A stretch of 64,000 bases of DNA from a virus (Duplodnaviria > Caudoviricetes): positions 3,123 to 67,122 of IMG/VR virus record IMGVR_UViG_3300038412_000036; one strand, 5' to 3'. The stretch's first letter is position 1; each line of letters begins with the position of its first letter. The position numbers were made by a program, and so were the translations under genes. This document shows positions 24,281-32,161 of this stretch, piece after piece. The notes beneath the pieces were generated by a model. It did not search any database. It was not told the origin of the DNA and saw only the letters and a program-made list of their open reading frames with translations.

Positions 24281-24571
24281 ATGCCGAACCAACTTTCTGG
24301 ACAGACCGGTCCCTCGCCGCAGTCGCACCGCAAGCACGTGCGGCACGCACTCTTCGCTCGCGACCGGCACTCTCAACAGTTTCTTGCTTTTCTGGCCTAC
24401 CTCGCCGCGAAGTTCACTGCGAACGGCACGGCGACGACCGAGGCGCAGGCGTATGCGCTGGTAGAGCTGGGCGGAGCAATTCAGTGCGAAGCCGTCGCCA
24501 ATGCGGGCGGCCTCCCGGCAACGATTGTCGCCAACTACGACAAGGCGTCCGACCTCAAGCAGTATCCGTAA
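24281..24571 (+). CDS. hypothetical protein (possible head decoration)
   Basis: ORF track 24260..24571, ATG 24281. Confidence 0.6.
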   Translation: MPNQLSGQTGPSPQSHRKHVRHALFARDRHSQQFLAFLAYLAAKFTANGTATTEAQAYALVELGGAIQCEAVANAGGLPATIVANYDKASDLKQYP

Positions 24572-24719
24572 GGCTCTTTCGGTTTGCTCGATGATTCGAG
24601 CAGGTCCAGAGGGGGGACTTCCGGCCTGATCATTGTCGAGCATACCAGCCCGGAGCCGTAGCGTCGCACTGCGGCTCCGGGCGACCATTTTCTCCACCCT
24701 CCAACCCCCAGAGGATATC

Positions 24720-25316
24720 ATGGCGGCGACCAAAGAAGACATCTTGAAGGCTCTCACCCAACTCGACAGCGGCAACGACAACCATTGGACCGACGACGGG
24801 CTCCCCCGGGTGGATGTTGTCCAGAAACTCCTCAACGATCCGGAAGTGCGACGCAAGGACATCAACGACGCTCAGCCGGGCTTCTCTCGCGCTGTGCCCG
24901 GCGCGACCACCGAGCCCGAAGACGTGCAGCCCGGCGATGCGGAGAATGCCGCGCCAATCACCGCAGAACATGCGGAGGATGAAGACGCCGAGCTGGAGTT
25001 CACTCTCGACGACGAAGAGCTGAAGGCGGCGATGCAGAAGCGCGTCACCGAAGCCGAGCAGCGCATGGTTCGCGCTCGCGCCGCGACGCAGGAGGCTCGC
25101 GACTACGAGCGCAAATGCGAGCAGTGGCACACCAAAGCGCTCTCCGACCTCAACCGCCGCTTCCCGCCGCTGCACCCCAACGACGCGATCAAGCAGCATC
25201 TCGAATCACAGCTTCGGCAGCGCTACGAGAATGCCGGTTACGGTCCTTCCCAGATCGACGCCGCACTCGGCACCCGGGGCAAGCGCGGCTGGGGTCAGTC
25301 CGCACGAAGGGTCTAA
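24720..25316 (+). CDS. conserved phage protein following capsid
   Basis: I..AL.QLD..ND.HWT.DGLPRVD motif; GAGG RBS. Confidence 0.7.
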   Translation: MAATKEDILKALTQLDSGNDNHWTDDGLPRVDVVQKLLNDPEVRRKDINDAQPGFSRAVPGATTEPEDVQPGDAENAAPITAEHAEDEDAELEFTLDDEELKAAMQKRVTEAEQRMVRARAATQEARDYERKCEQWHTKALSDLNRRFPPLHPNDAIKQHLESQLRQRYENAGYGPSQIDAALGTRGKRGWGQSARRV

Positions 25317-25319
25317 TCC

Positions 25320-26225
25320 ATGAGCACCGTCTTCTCAGTGCAGGACGAGACCGGGACCGTCTATCAGGTCACGATCCAAGCCTCGCCTTCCTTTGCCGTG
25401 GCAGTCGGCGATACCGGGTCCTATTCCGGTATCCCCGACGACGGCACAGATGGTTTTGCGCCTCCCGCACTGACGACGGCAAACTTCCAAGTCACGCAAG
25501 TGCTCGACGCCGAGCACTTCTCCATTCGCACGCTGACCGAAGCGACGGCCGACTGGCCGCGCTCCGGCACGATCACGTGGGCGACCGGCGCGAACGCCAA
25601 CCTCACGGCGACCGCTCTCGGCATCGACCCGGCGAACGCCTACATCGACACCACCTTCCTCACCAAGTATCACGCGAGCCGGGGCAACGCGCTCCCGGTC
25701 GGCGTCACGGTTGCGCAACAGCAAGCCGCCATCGTCAAGGCGACCGACTATCTCGACCAGCGCTACCGCTACAAGGGCGTCAAGCTTATCCAGAAGATCG
25801 GCACCAGCCCGCAGGACGCGAACGCGGTCTTCCTTGAGCCGTGGCTCACGCCATACGCGCTCAACAACCTCTATGCGCTCACCCCTTCGACGACTCCGCA
25901 AGTCACGCAGTGGCCCCGGCAGGGCGTCACCGATCTCAGCGGCGACACCGTCAACGGCATCCCGCTCGCGGTCCAAGCCGCGTGCGCCGAGCTGGCGCTC
26001 CGGGTGCTCAACGGCACCGTCCTCCAGCCGGACTATGACCCCACCATCGTCACGCCCGGCGGCGTCCTGCAAACGACGACGCAGAAGGTCGGCCCGATTG
26101 AGGTCGTCAAGACCTACGACACGAAACTCGGCCTTGGCTACTTTGCTGACTTCCCGCAGGTTACCCGAATGCTCGTCACGGCCGGACTGATCGTGGCGAA
26201 TCGGGGCCGGACAGTGATGCGGTAA
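25320..26225 (+). CDS. head-tail adaptor (DnaT-like family) with extra N-terminal domain
   Basis: ANAYID...YH..RG...AAIVKATDYLD..Y...QWPR...IP.AV..ACAELA...KVGPIEV. Confidence 0.8.
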   Translation: MSTVFSVQDETGTVYQVTIQASPSFAVAVGDTGSYSGIPDDGTDGFAPPALTTANFQVTQVLDAEHFSIRTLTEATADWPRSGTITWATGANANLTATALGIDPANAYIDTTFLTKYHASRGNALPVGVTVAQQQAAIVKATDYLDQRYRYKGVKLIQKIGTSPQDANAVFLEPWLTPYALNNLYALTPSTTPQVTQWPRQGVTDLSGDTVNGIPLAVQAACAELALRVLNGTVLQPDYDPTIVTPGGVLQTTTQKVGPIEVVKTYDTKLGLGYFADFPQVTRMLVTAGLIVANRGRTVMR

Positions 26226-26227
26226 AT

Positions 26228-26261
26228 GCTAGTTGTTCGGATAGGCAAAGGCACCTAAAAT
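26228..26261 (+). promoter_or_regulatory. GCTAG-type late promoter 4
   Basis: GCTAG-TTGTTC-N17-TAAAAT; the -10 overlaps ATG 26260. Confidence 0.5.
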
Positions 26262-26619
26262 GAGCACGTTCGACTATGTGGGTATGCAATCGACGGCGGA
26301 CCTCCTCCTCAAGGAGTTCGGAATGTCGGCAGTCCTGCGTAGGGCGGGCGTGGATCGACCGTGCATCGTCGCGATCATCGATTACATGCCGCGTGACAAA
26401 GCCAACCAGCTCGCCAACCCAACGGATCGGCGAGTCTTGATCTCGGCAGCGACACCCGAGGTACAGGCTGAGCCGCCGAGCAACGAGCTTGATCAACTGG
26501 TGACGTTCGTTCAACCGGGCGGAACAGTTGTTGACGAGATACTGCCCTTCGCCCAACCGGTGAAGAAGTATGCTCCCGCTGGTGTCGTTGTTTTGTACGA
26601 AGCCACGGTGCGCAGATGA
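26260..26619 (+). CDS. head closure/head-tail joining protein
   Basis: FDY...A..LL.EFG....LRR...V..Y...GV.VLYE..VR; position. Confidence 0.75.
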   Translation: MSTFDYVGMQSTADLLLKEFGMSAVLRRAGVDRPCIVAIIDYMPRDKANQLANPTDRRVLISAATPEVQAEPPSNELDQLVTFVQPGGTVVDEILPFAQPVKKYAPAGVVVLYEATVRR

Positions 26620-27119
26620 CGGCAGTAGATCGGCGAGTTCTGATTTTGCAAGAGCTGGAAAGTCTCTTGTCAGGTCTGAGCATCACGCTTTCGACGGGAG
26701 TGATCCCCGCTGGAAACTTTGTGCGTAACCGCAACGAGCTTCCGGCGGACAAGGTCCCGGGCATTATCTTGCTGGACGGGGACGAGGCAGCCGACCCTCG
26801 CTACCAACGTCCGCAGATCGGGCGAGACCTCACAACGGTCCCGCCGCAGATCGTGAGGATGACGCCGGAGATTTACGTTGTTCTGGACGTGCGCAAGCCG
26901 CAGAACATCAACGTCGGCGAGGATTTGAGTGCCGCGCGTGCGCAGCTTATGAGAGCGATTCTGACAGACAAGACGCTCTACACAATCTGCGGATCGAACG
27001 GCCAAGTGACTTACGACGGTGTCGTGACCGATCTGGCGCGAAACCGGACAATGCAGGGACAAATGGGTTTGCTGTTCACGTTCACGTACCCGTTCATCCC
27101 CGGTGAAATGGTTCTCTAA
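26616..27119 (+). CDS. tail terminator
   Basis: R..IL..L...L; LP.IILLDGDE; position just before tail tube. Confidence 0.7.
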   Translation: MTAVDRRVLILQELESLLSGLSITLSTGVIPAGNFVRNRNELPADKVPGIILLDGDEAADPRYQRPQIGRDLTTVPPQIVRMTPEIYVVLDVRKPQNINVGEDLSAARAQLMRAILTDKTLYTICGSNGQVTYDGVVTDLARNRTMQGQMGLLFTFTYPFIPGEMVL

Positions 27120-27133
27120 CAGGAGCTTGAGAT

Positions 27134-27706
27134 ATGCCGACCGGAAATCAGAACATCGAAGGCTCGCTGCTTTCACCCAACATTGGCAACTATTACATCG
27201 GCAAGGGCATCCTGTCGATCAAGCTGCTCGGCGAGACGGCCTACACCGATTGCGGCAACGTTCCGCAGTTCGAATTTCAGAGCAAGGTCACCTCGCTCGA
27301 CCACTTCAGCTCCCGGCAGGGCGTGCGCGTGAAGGACTTCACCGCCGTCGTCGAGGTCGCCGGTAACCTGACGATGCAACTGGAAGAGTTGACCGCCCGC
27401 AACATGGGATTCGCGCTGCTCGGTCTGCCGACCGGCGGCCCGTCCCCGACGCCTGACACGATTGAAATCTTCAGCTCGCCGATCATCTACGGTGCGGTGA
27501 AGTTCACCGGCACCAACATCATCGGCCCGATCTACACGATCACTTTCCCGCTGGTGAAGCTCTCGCCCTCCAAGGCGCTGAGCCTGATCGGCAACTCGTG
27601 GGGCACCATCGATCTGGAGGGTGACGTGCTGTACGACACCGTCCTGAAGTCGTTCGGCACCGCGTCCGTGACGCTGCCCAACAGCCCGTCCTCGGTCCTC
27701 GGCTAA
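27134..27706 (+). CDS. major tail tube protein
   Basis: YYIGKG.L...D.GNVP.FE...LDHFSSR.GVR.KD; followed by terminator. Confidence 0.85.
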   Translation: MPTGNQNIEGSLLSPNIGNYYIGKGILSIKLLGETAYTDCGNVPQFEFQSKVTSLDHFSSRQGVRVKDFTAVVEVAGNLTMQLEELTARNMGFALLGLPTGGPSPTPDTIEIFSSPIIYGAVKFTGTNIIGPIYTITFPLVKLSPSKALSLIGNSWGTIDLEGDVLYDTVLKSFGTASVTLPNSPSSVLG

Positions 27707-27740
27707 CCCCTGATGGCTTCGGAAACGACGATCTGATACC

Positions 27741-27769
27741 AAGCCCGGGGTTTACCGCCCCGGGCTTTT
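27741..27769 (+). terminator. rho-independent terminator
   Basis: AAGCCCGGGG-TTTACCG-CCCCGGGCTT-TT. Confidence 0.8.
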
Positions 27770-27821
27770 GTCCAGCCGGACTTGACGTTTTCCCTCCCCC
27801 GCAAACCCAAGGAAATCCCCC

Positions 27822-28085
27822 ATGTCCCTCGAAACCCTCAACGGCGACGCAGCCGCAGGCAGCGATTCGTTCGATCCGGCCACCCCTGACGAGACCACCC
27901 CCGAAAAGGAAGGCCCTTCAGCGGCCGTTTCTGGGGCTCCTGAGACCCTTCCGGAGACTGCGACGGCCCAATACGAGCCCCCGGCGGAGGCTCTGGTCGA
28001 TCCGGCCGACACTTCCACCCCTCCCGTGGCCCTCCGGCCGTGCCCGGCTGGCCCGGAACCCCACCGGCTCGACGGCCGGGAGTGA
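27822..28085 (+). CDS. acidic Pro-rich hypothetical protein
   Basis: AAGGAAA RBS; inserted between tail tube terminator and chaperone. Confidence 0.45.
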   Translation: MSLETLNGDAAAGSDSFDPATPDETTPEKEGPSAAVSGAPETLPETATAQYEPPAEALVDPADTSTPPVALRPCPAGPEPHRLDGRE

Positions 28086-28133
28086 TAGGAAAACTTATCA
28101 AAAACCCCCTCTTTGACAAGGAAAGTTATCAAA

Positions 28134-28577
28134 ATGCGACGTGAACACCAAGGTCTGAGCCTTTCGGACATCGCCAAGCGATACGAAGACGTACCGGTCG
28201 GCGAGAAGGAAGAGGACTTCCTCCGAGTCTACGGCATCTCCGCCGAGGTCTGTCTGACCCTTCTCAACCGGTTCCCGGACCTGCTCGGCAAGGCTATGGC
28301 CGGAGGAGGTGTCAAGTTCAACGATCTCGTCGCGGCAGCCCCGGGCGCGATCTCGGTTGTGATCGCGGCGGCTACCGGACACCCCGGCGACGAAGAGGTC
28401 GAGGAAGACGCGGCCAGCCTCCCGATTGAAATCCAGATGGACATTCTGGAGGCAGTAGGGAGGCTCACGTTCCGGAGTGGCTTCGGCCCTTTCGCACAGA
28501 GGATCATGAACCTCGCAAACGCAGCCAGCTCCGTAAGCTCTGGCGCGGTCCCGGGTATGAAATTGCCGCAGGCATAG
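28134..28577 (+). CDS. tail assembly chaperone (gpG-like)
   Basis: Between tube and tape measure; ATG 28134 after AAGGAAAG; slippery heptamer C CCT TTC at 28487..28493. Confidence 0.8.
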   Translation: MRREHQGLSLSDIAKRYEDVPVGEKEEDFLRVYGISAEVCLTLLNRFPDLLGKAMAGGGVKFNDLVAAAPGAISVVIAAATGHPGDEEVEEDAASLPIEIQMDILEAVGRLTFRSGFGPFAQRIMNLANAASSVSSGAVPGMKLPQA

Positions 28578-28777
28578 AGAAGCTGATCGCTAACGGCCAC
28601 GACGCCGAAGCGGTCTGGAAAATGACACCACGCCAGATCGCCGCGTACTGCTTCTTAATTGCTCGCCGCGAAGACCTTGAGGACTATCGCGAGTTATCGC
28701 TCATGATCCTTGCCGAAGGCGGAGATCAGAAACAAATCGAAAAATACATGAAGAGGATCGAAAAGGAAAACACGTGA
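28487..28777 (+). CDS. -1 frameshift extension of tail assembly chaperone (gpGT-like)
   Basis: X XXY YYZ heptamer in frame; -1 frame open 28490..28777 by hand (IEKLIANGHDAEAVWKMTPRQI). Confidence 0.75.
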   Translation, partial: PFRTEDHEPRKRSQLRKLWRGPGYEIAAGIEKLIANGHDAEAVWKMTPRQIAAYCFLIARREDLEDYRELSLMILAEGGDQKQIEKYMKRIEKENT

Positions 28778-29295
28778 AGCTGACCGTCGAAACGAACGTG
28801 AAGCAACTGCGCGCAAACTTCGATGGTGCTGCCAAGACCTTCGACAAGCGGATCACGGCCGCTGCCAACATGGCGATGTCCATGATCGTTGAAGAGAGCA
28901 AAGCAGACATCGAGGCTGCCGGTGCGTTCGGAGCCGCATTCACGGATGATCTGACCGGGTCGGTCGAGAAGACCGGCTCCGGCATCAAGATCAGCATCAC
29001 GCACACCGATCCTCGCGCGGAGCTTTTTGAGGAGGGCGGCATTATCGAAGGCAACCCCCTCCTCTGGATTCCGCTCTCCAACACCGACGCGTTCGGGATT
29101 AGGGCAAGCTCCTACCCGAACGGTCTCTTCAGCGTCACACGCAGGGACGGTCTCCCGCTCCTGTTCTCTGTGGCAGACAAGAAGCCGAGATACTTTGGCA
29201 TCACCAAGGTTCATATCCCCAAGAAATTCCATCTGCACGAGATCGCGACGCGCGTTATGGAAAACTTCAAGCAGATTTTTGCAGCAACGCAGTAA
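28774..29295 (+). CDS. tail completion/neck protein (HK97 gp10-like)
   Basis: EEGGII.G.PLLWIP; size and helical N-terminus; GTG start. Confidence 0.55.
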   Translation: MKLTVETNVKQLRANFDGAAKTFDKRITAAANMAMSMIVEESKADIEAAGAFGAAFTDDLTGSVEKTGSGIKISITHTDPRAELFEEGGIIEGNPLLWIPLSNTDAFGIRASSYPNGLFSVTRRDGLPLLFSVADKKPRYFGITKVHIPKKFHLHEIATRVMENFKQIFAATQ

Positions 29296-29301
29296 ACCGC
29301 C

Positions 29302-31686
29302 ATGGCACAGCTCGACGAGCTTGAACAAAAGATTATGCTGGACGGGGACAAGGAAGTCCTCTCCAGCCTTCAAGAGATCGGCAAGCAAGGTGCCGAGGCT
29401 CTGGAAAAACTTGCCGAAGCGGCCAGCAAGGGTCTGGGTCCGCTTGAGACGCTGGGCGGCGCAATCGGCATCATCGCTGCGGGCATTATCTCTCTGACCG
29501 GCGCAGTCACCGCGTGGGCCGATGTCAATATCGAAGCCGTGCAGAGGACGAAACTGCTCGGCGACGCGTTCGGCCTGACTGCCGGTGAGATGGCTGGATT
29601 GGAGGCGGCGTTCGCGCAGGCGGGCGTCGGCCTGAAACAGTTCGAAGTCCTCGCGCAGCGGCTGACCGTGACGATTGCGCGCGAATGGCCCGCGATCACC
29701 GAGAACGTGCGCACCGCCGGGACCGAGCAGGAGTCGGCGCAGAACCGCATCACCCAGTCGATCCTTCGCATCGCTGACGCGCAGAACAAGCTCCAGACGG
29801 TCAGTGAGGAGACCGATAGCAAGATCACCAACGCAGCCATCCGCGAAGCGGAGGCACAGCAAAAGCTTCAGTTCGCGGCGGAAGAAGCCTACGCGACGAT
29901 GATCCACGGCATCAACTCGGTGCAGGGAGCCAACCTCAGCCTTGAACAAGCCGAGCAGCGTCTCGCTACACTGGAGGGTCGCCCTCCGAGCGAGTCAGAC
30001 AAGAAGTCGCTGGAGTTGAAGCAGGCACAGCTCGCCGTTGATCAGGCGAGGCAGGCGTCCGAAGATGCGCTGCGTAAGCAGCAAGAGGATCAGGCGGCGG
30101 CTGCACTCAAGCAACAGAAGCTGGAGCAGGAGGCGGCCGACGCCTCGCTGCGTCGGCAGACTGCGGAGCAGGAGGCGGTTACCGCCCGGGCCAAAGCCGA
30201 GCTGGCGGTCAAGGAGGCGATCAACGCTCGCGCGGAGGCAGAGGAGCGGGCCAATCAACAGGCGCTCAAGAGCATCCCAGCGATCACCAAGGCGTTAGAG
30301 GCGGTCCGCGACGGCAATAAGGACCTCGCCAAGACCATCGACCTCGGCGAAGTCTCGGTTCGCAACTTGGTCAATAGCGTCATCAAGCTGGCAGCCGCTG
30401 GCAGGGACGTGAAGCCGACCGGCTATCAGGTCTTGCGCGAGTTGTCGCAGCTCCTCAAGAGCGATACGGATCACCTGATCGACGCAGAGCAACGGCTCGC
30501 CATCGTCCAGCAACTCTCACAGCGTGGTTTCAACACCACATCGCAGTCGGCGGCGGAGATGCTGGCCGTTATCGAAAGGGGTCCGGGCGAGTGGGATAAG
30601 TACACTGAAGCGCAGAAGAAAGCCTTTAGCGAGACAGACCTTCACAACGTTGAGCGGTTCCGGGATGCGATCACTCACCTCGGTTTCAGCTTCGACCAGC
30701 TCAATCGACAGGCGGCGACGGCGATCTCCCCGGCCCTTATCTCGTTGCTGGAGAAGATGAACGAGTCGCTGAGCGATCAGGGTGGCGTCCTCCACACCAT
30801 TATCGATCTGTTGACCTCCTTCGCCCGTGGCGTCGGCGTCGTTGCGAACATCTTCGTCCGGCTCGTCGAGGCGGCGAACGACGCATTCAAGGCGATTGAC
30901 AAGATCATGGTCCTGCCCGAGGGCTCGACGCTGAAGGTCGTCATCACCGGCATCCTCGCGACTGTCGCGGCAATCGCCCCTGCGTTCCTCGCGATCCCGA
31001 TTGTCGTCGCTCTCGTCGTCACCGCAGTCGGCGAGTTGAGCAAGGTCGTCGGCGACAACAAGCTGGCGTGGGAGCTGGTCGCTATCGCTATCGGCGCGAT
31101 CATTGGCCTTATCGCACCGATCCCGACCCTGATCGGATTGGTCGCGGCGTCGGTCGTCTATGTCGTCAATCACTGGAAAGAGGTCGTCGAGTGGGTCAGC
31201 AAGGCGGTTGACAAGGTCAAGGAGTTCTTCGGCGTCGGCAAATCGAAGAGCACCGCGTCCAACGACAACGCACCTACCAATAACTATTCGACGACTGTAG
31301 GCGAAGCCGGTGATGTGGGGCAGGGCTTCGCATCCGGCGGTCACGTCCGAGGTCCGGGCAGCGGCACGAGCGATAGCATCCCGGCCCGGCTCTCGAATGG
31401 CGAGTTCGTCATGCGCGCCGCCTCGGTGCAGAAATTTGGCGTTGACTTTTTCCACGCATTGAACAATATGATGATCCCCGGATTCGCGTCCGGCGGTCTC
31501 GTCGGGACTCCGTCTCGCGTTGGTGTACCCAGCTCCATACAGGCGAGCCGACCCCTCAATCTCACAATCGACGGCCACACCTTTAACGGCCTCCGAGGAC
31601 CAAAGAATGTTGTTGATAGTCTTGCTTCATACGCTGTCGCGCGTCAGACGGCGTCTGCGGGCGTCAAACCGACGTGGGTGAAGTAA
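29302..31686 (+). CDS. tape measure protein
   Basis: 794 aa Ala-rich helical protein with hydrophobic segments; C-terminal FASGG.V.GPG.GTSDSIPA.LSNGEFV. Confidence 0.92.
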   Translation: MAQLDELEQKIMLDGDKEVLSSLQEIGKQGAEALEKLAEAASKGLGPLETLGGAIGIIAAGIISLTGAVTAWADVNIEAVQRTKLLGDAFGLTAGEMAGLEAAFAQAGVGLKQFEVLAQRLTVTIAREWPAITENVRTAGTEQESAQNRITQSILRIADAQNKLQTVSEETDSKITNAAIREAEAQQKLQFAAEEAYATMIHGINSVQGANLSLEQAEQRLATLEGRPPSESDKKSLELKQAQLAVDQARQASEDALRKQQEDQAAAALKQQKLEQEAADASLRRQTAEQEAVTARAKAELAVKEAINARAEAEERANQQALKSIPAITKALEAVRDGNKDLAKTIDLGEVSVRNLVNSVIKLAAAGRDVKPTGYQVLRELSQLLKSDTDHLIDAEQRLAIVQQLSQRGFNTTSQSAAEMLAVIERGPGEWDKYTEAQKKAFSETDLHNVERFRDAITHLGFSFDQLNRQAATAISPALISLLEKMNESLSDQGGVLHTIIDLLTSFARGVGVVANIFVRLVEAANDAFKAIDKIMVLPEGSTLKVVITGILATVAAIAPAFLAIPIVVALVVTAVGELSKVVGDNKLAWELVAIAIGAIIGLIAPIPTLIGLVAASVVYVVNHWKEVVEWVSKAVDKVKEFFGVGKSKSTASNDNAPTNNYSTTVGEAGDVGQGFASGGHVRGPGSGTSDSIPARLSNGEFVMRAASVQKFGVDFFHALNNMMIPGFASGGLVGTPSRVGVPSSIQASRPLNLTIDGHTFNGLRGPKNVVDSLASYAVARQTASAGVKPTWVK

Positions 31687-31687
31687 C

Positions 31688-32161
31688 ATGAGCATCAGTC
31701 CCGTCCCCGAGGGCGTATTGCCAGCCGGTGCCGACACGTTGCTGACCATCAGTGGTTTCGGCAACATGACTTATCAGGCGCGCGGCCTCTCCCAGACGCT
31801 GGAGCATATCGGCGCGGCGGTGCAACTGGAGCGCACGATCAACGGCACCCTCACCGACGTGTCGGCGGCGCAGTTCCGGAAGTATCAGTCGAAAGTCAGC
31901 GTACCCGACGAAGTCGAGGCTCCGCCGCTTGACGGCATCTGGCCCGGGCAGACGGTCACCGTCGGCTGCGCGGTCTATCTCGCATACCCCAACGGCCGCG
32001 TCGGCTCTCCGGCGCGTCCGGAGGTCTCAGGCTCCAGCTACACTGAGAACGGCTACACCTTCTACCGCCCCGTGCTCACCATGCTGGTCAAGGACTTCAC
32101 CTACACTCTCGACGAGTGGGGCCGCAAAATCAACTGGACTCTCGATCTTGAGGAAGTCTGA
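31688..32161 (+). CDS. distal tail protein
   Basis: Follows TMP; RTING.L.D.S..QFRKY.S...W.L.LEEV. Confidence 0.7.
   Translation: MSISPVPEGVLPAGADTLLTISGFGNMTYQARGLSQTLEHIGAAVQLERTINGTLTDVSAAQFRKYQSKVSVPDEVEAPPLDGIWPGQTVTVGCAVYLAYPNGRVGSPARPEVSGSSYTENGYTFYRPVLTMLVKDFTYTLDEWGRKINWTLDLEEV

Noticed and set aside
23090-24865. 591-aa minus-strand ORF
   Set aside because: Antisense shadow of the major capsid gene.
26425-26645. DRRVLI peptide and similar DNA in both head-closure and tail-terminator genes
   Set aside because: Only six residues, in unrelated positions; likely chance.
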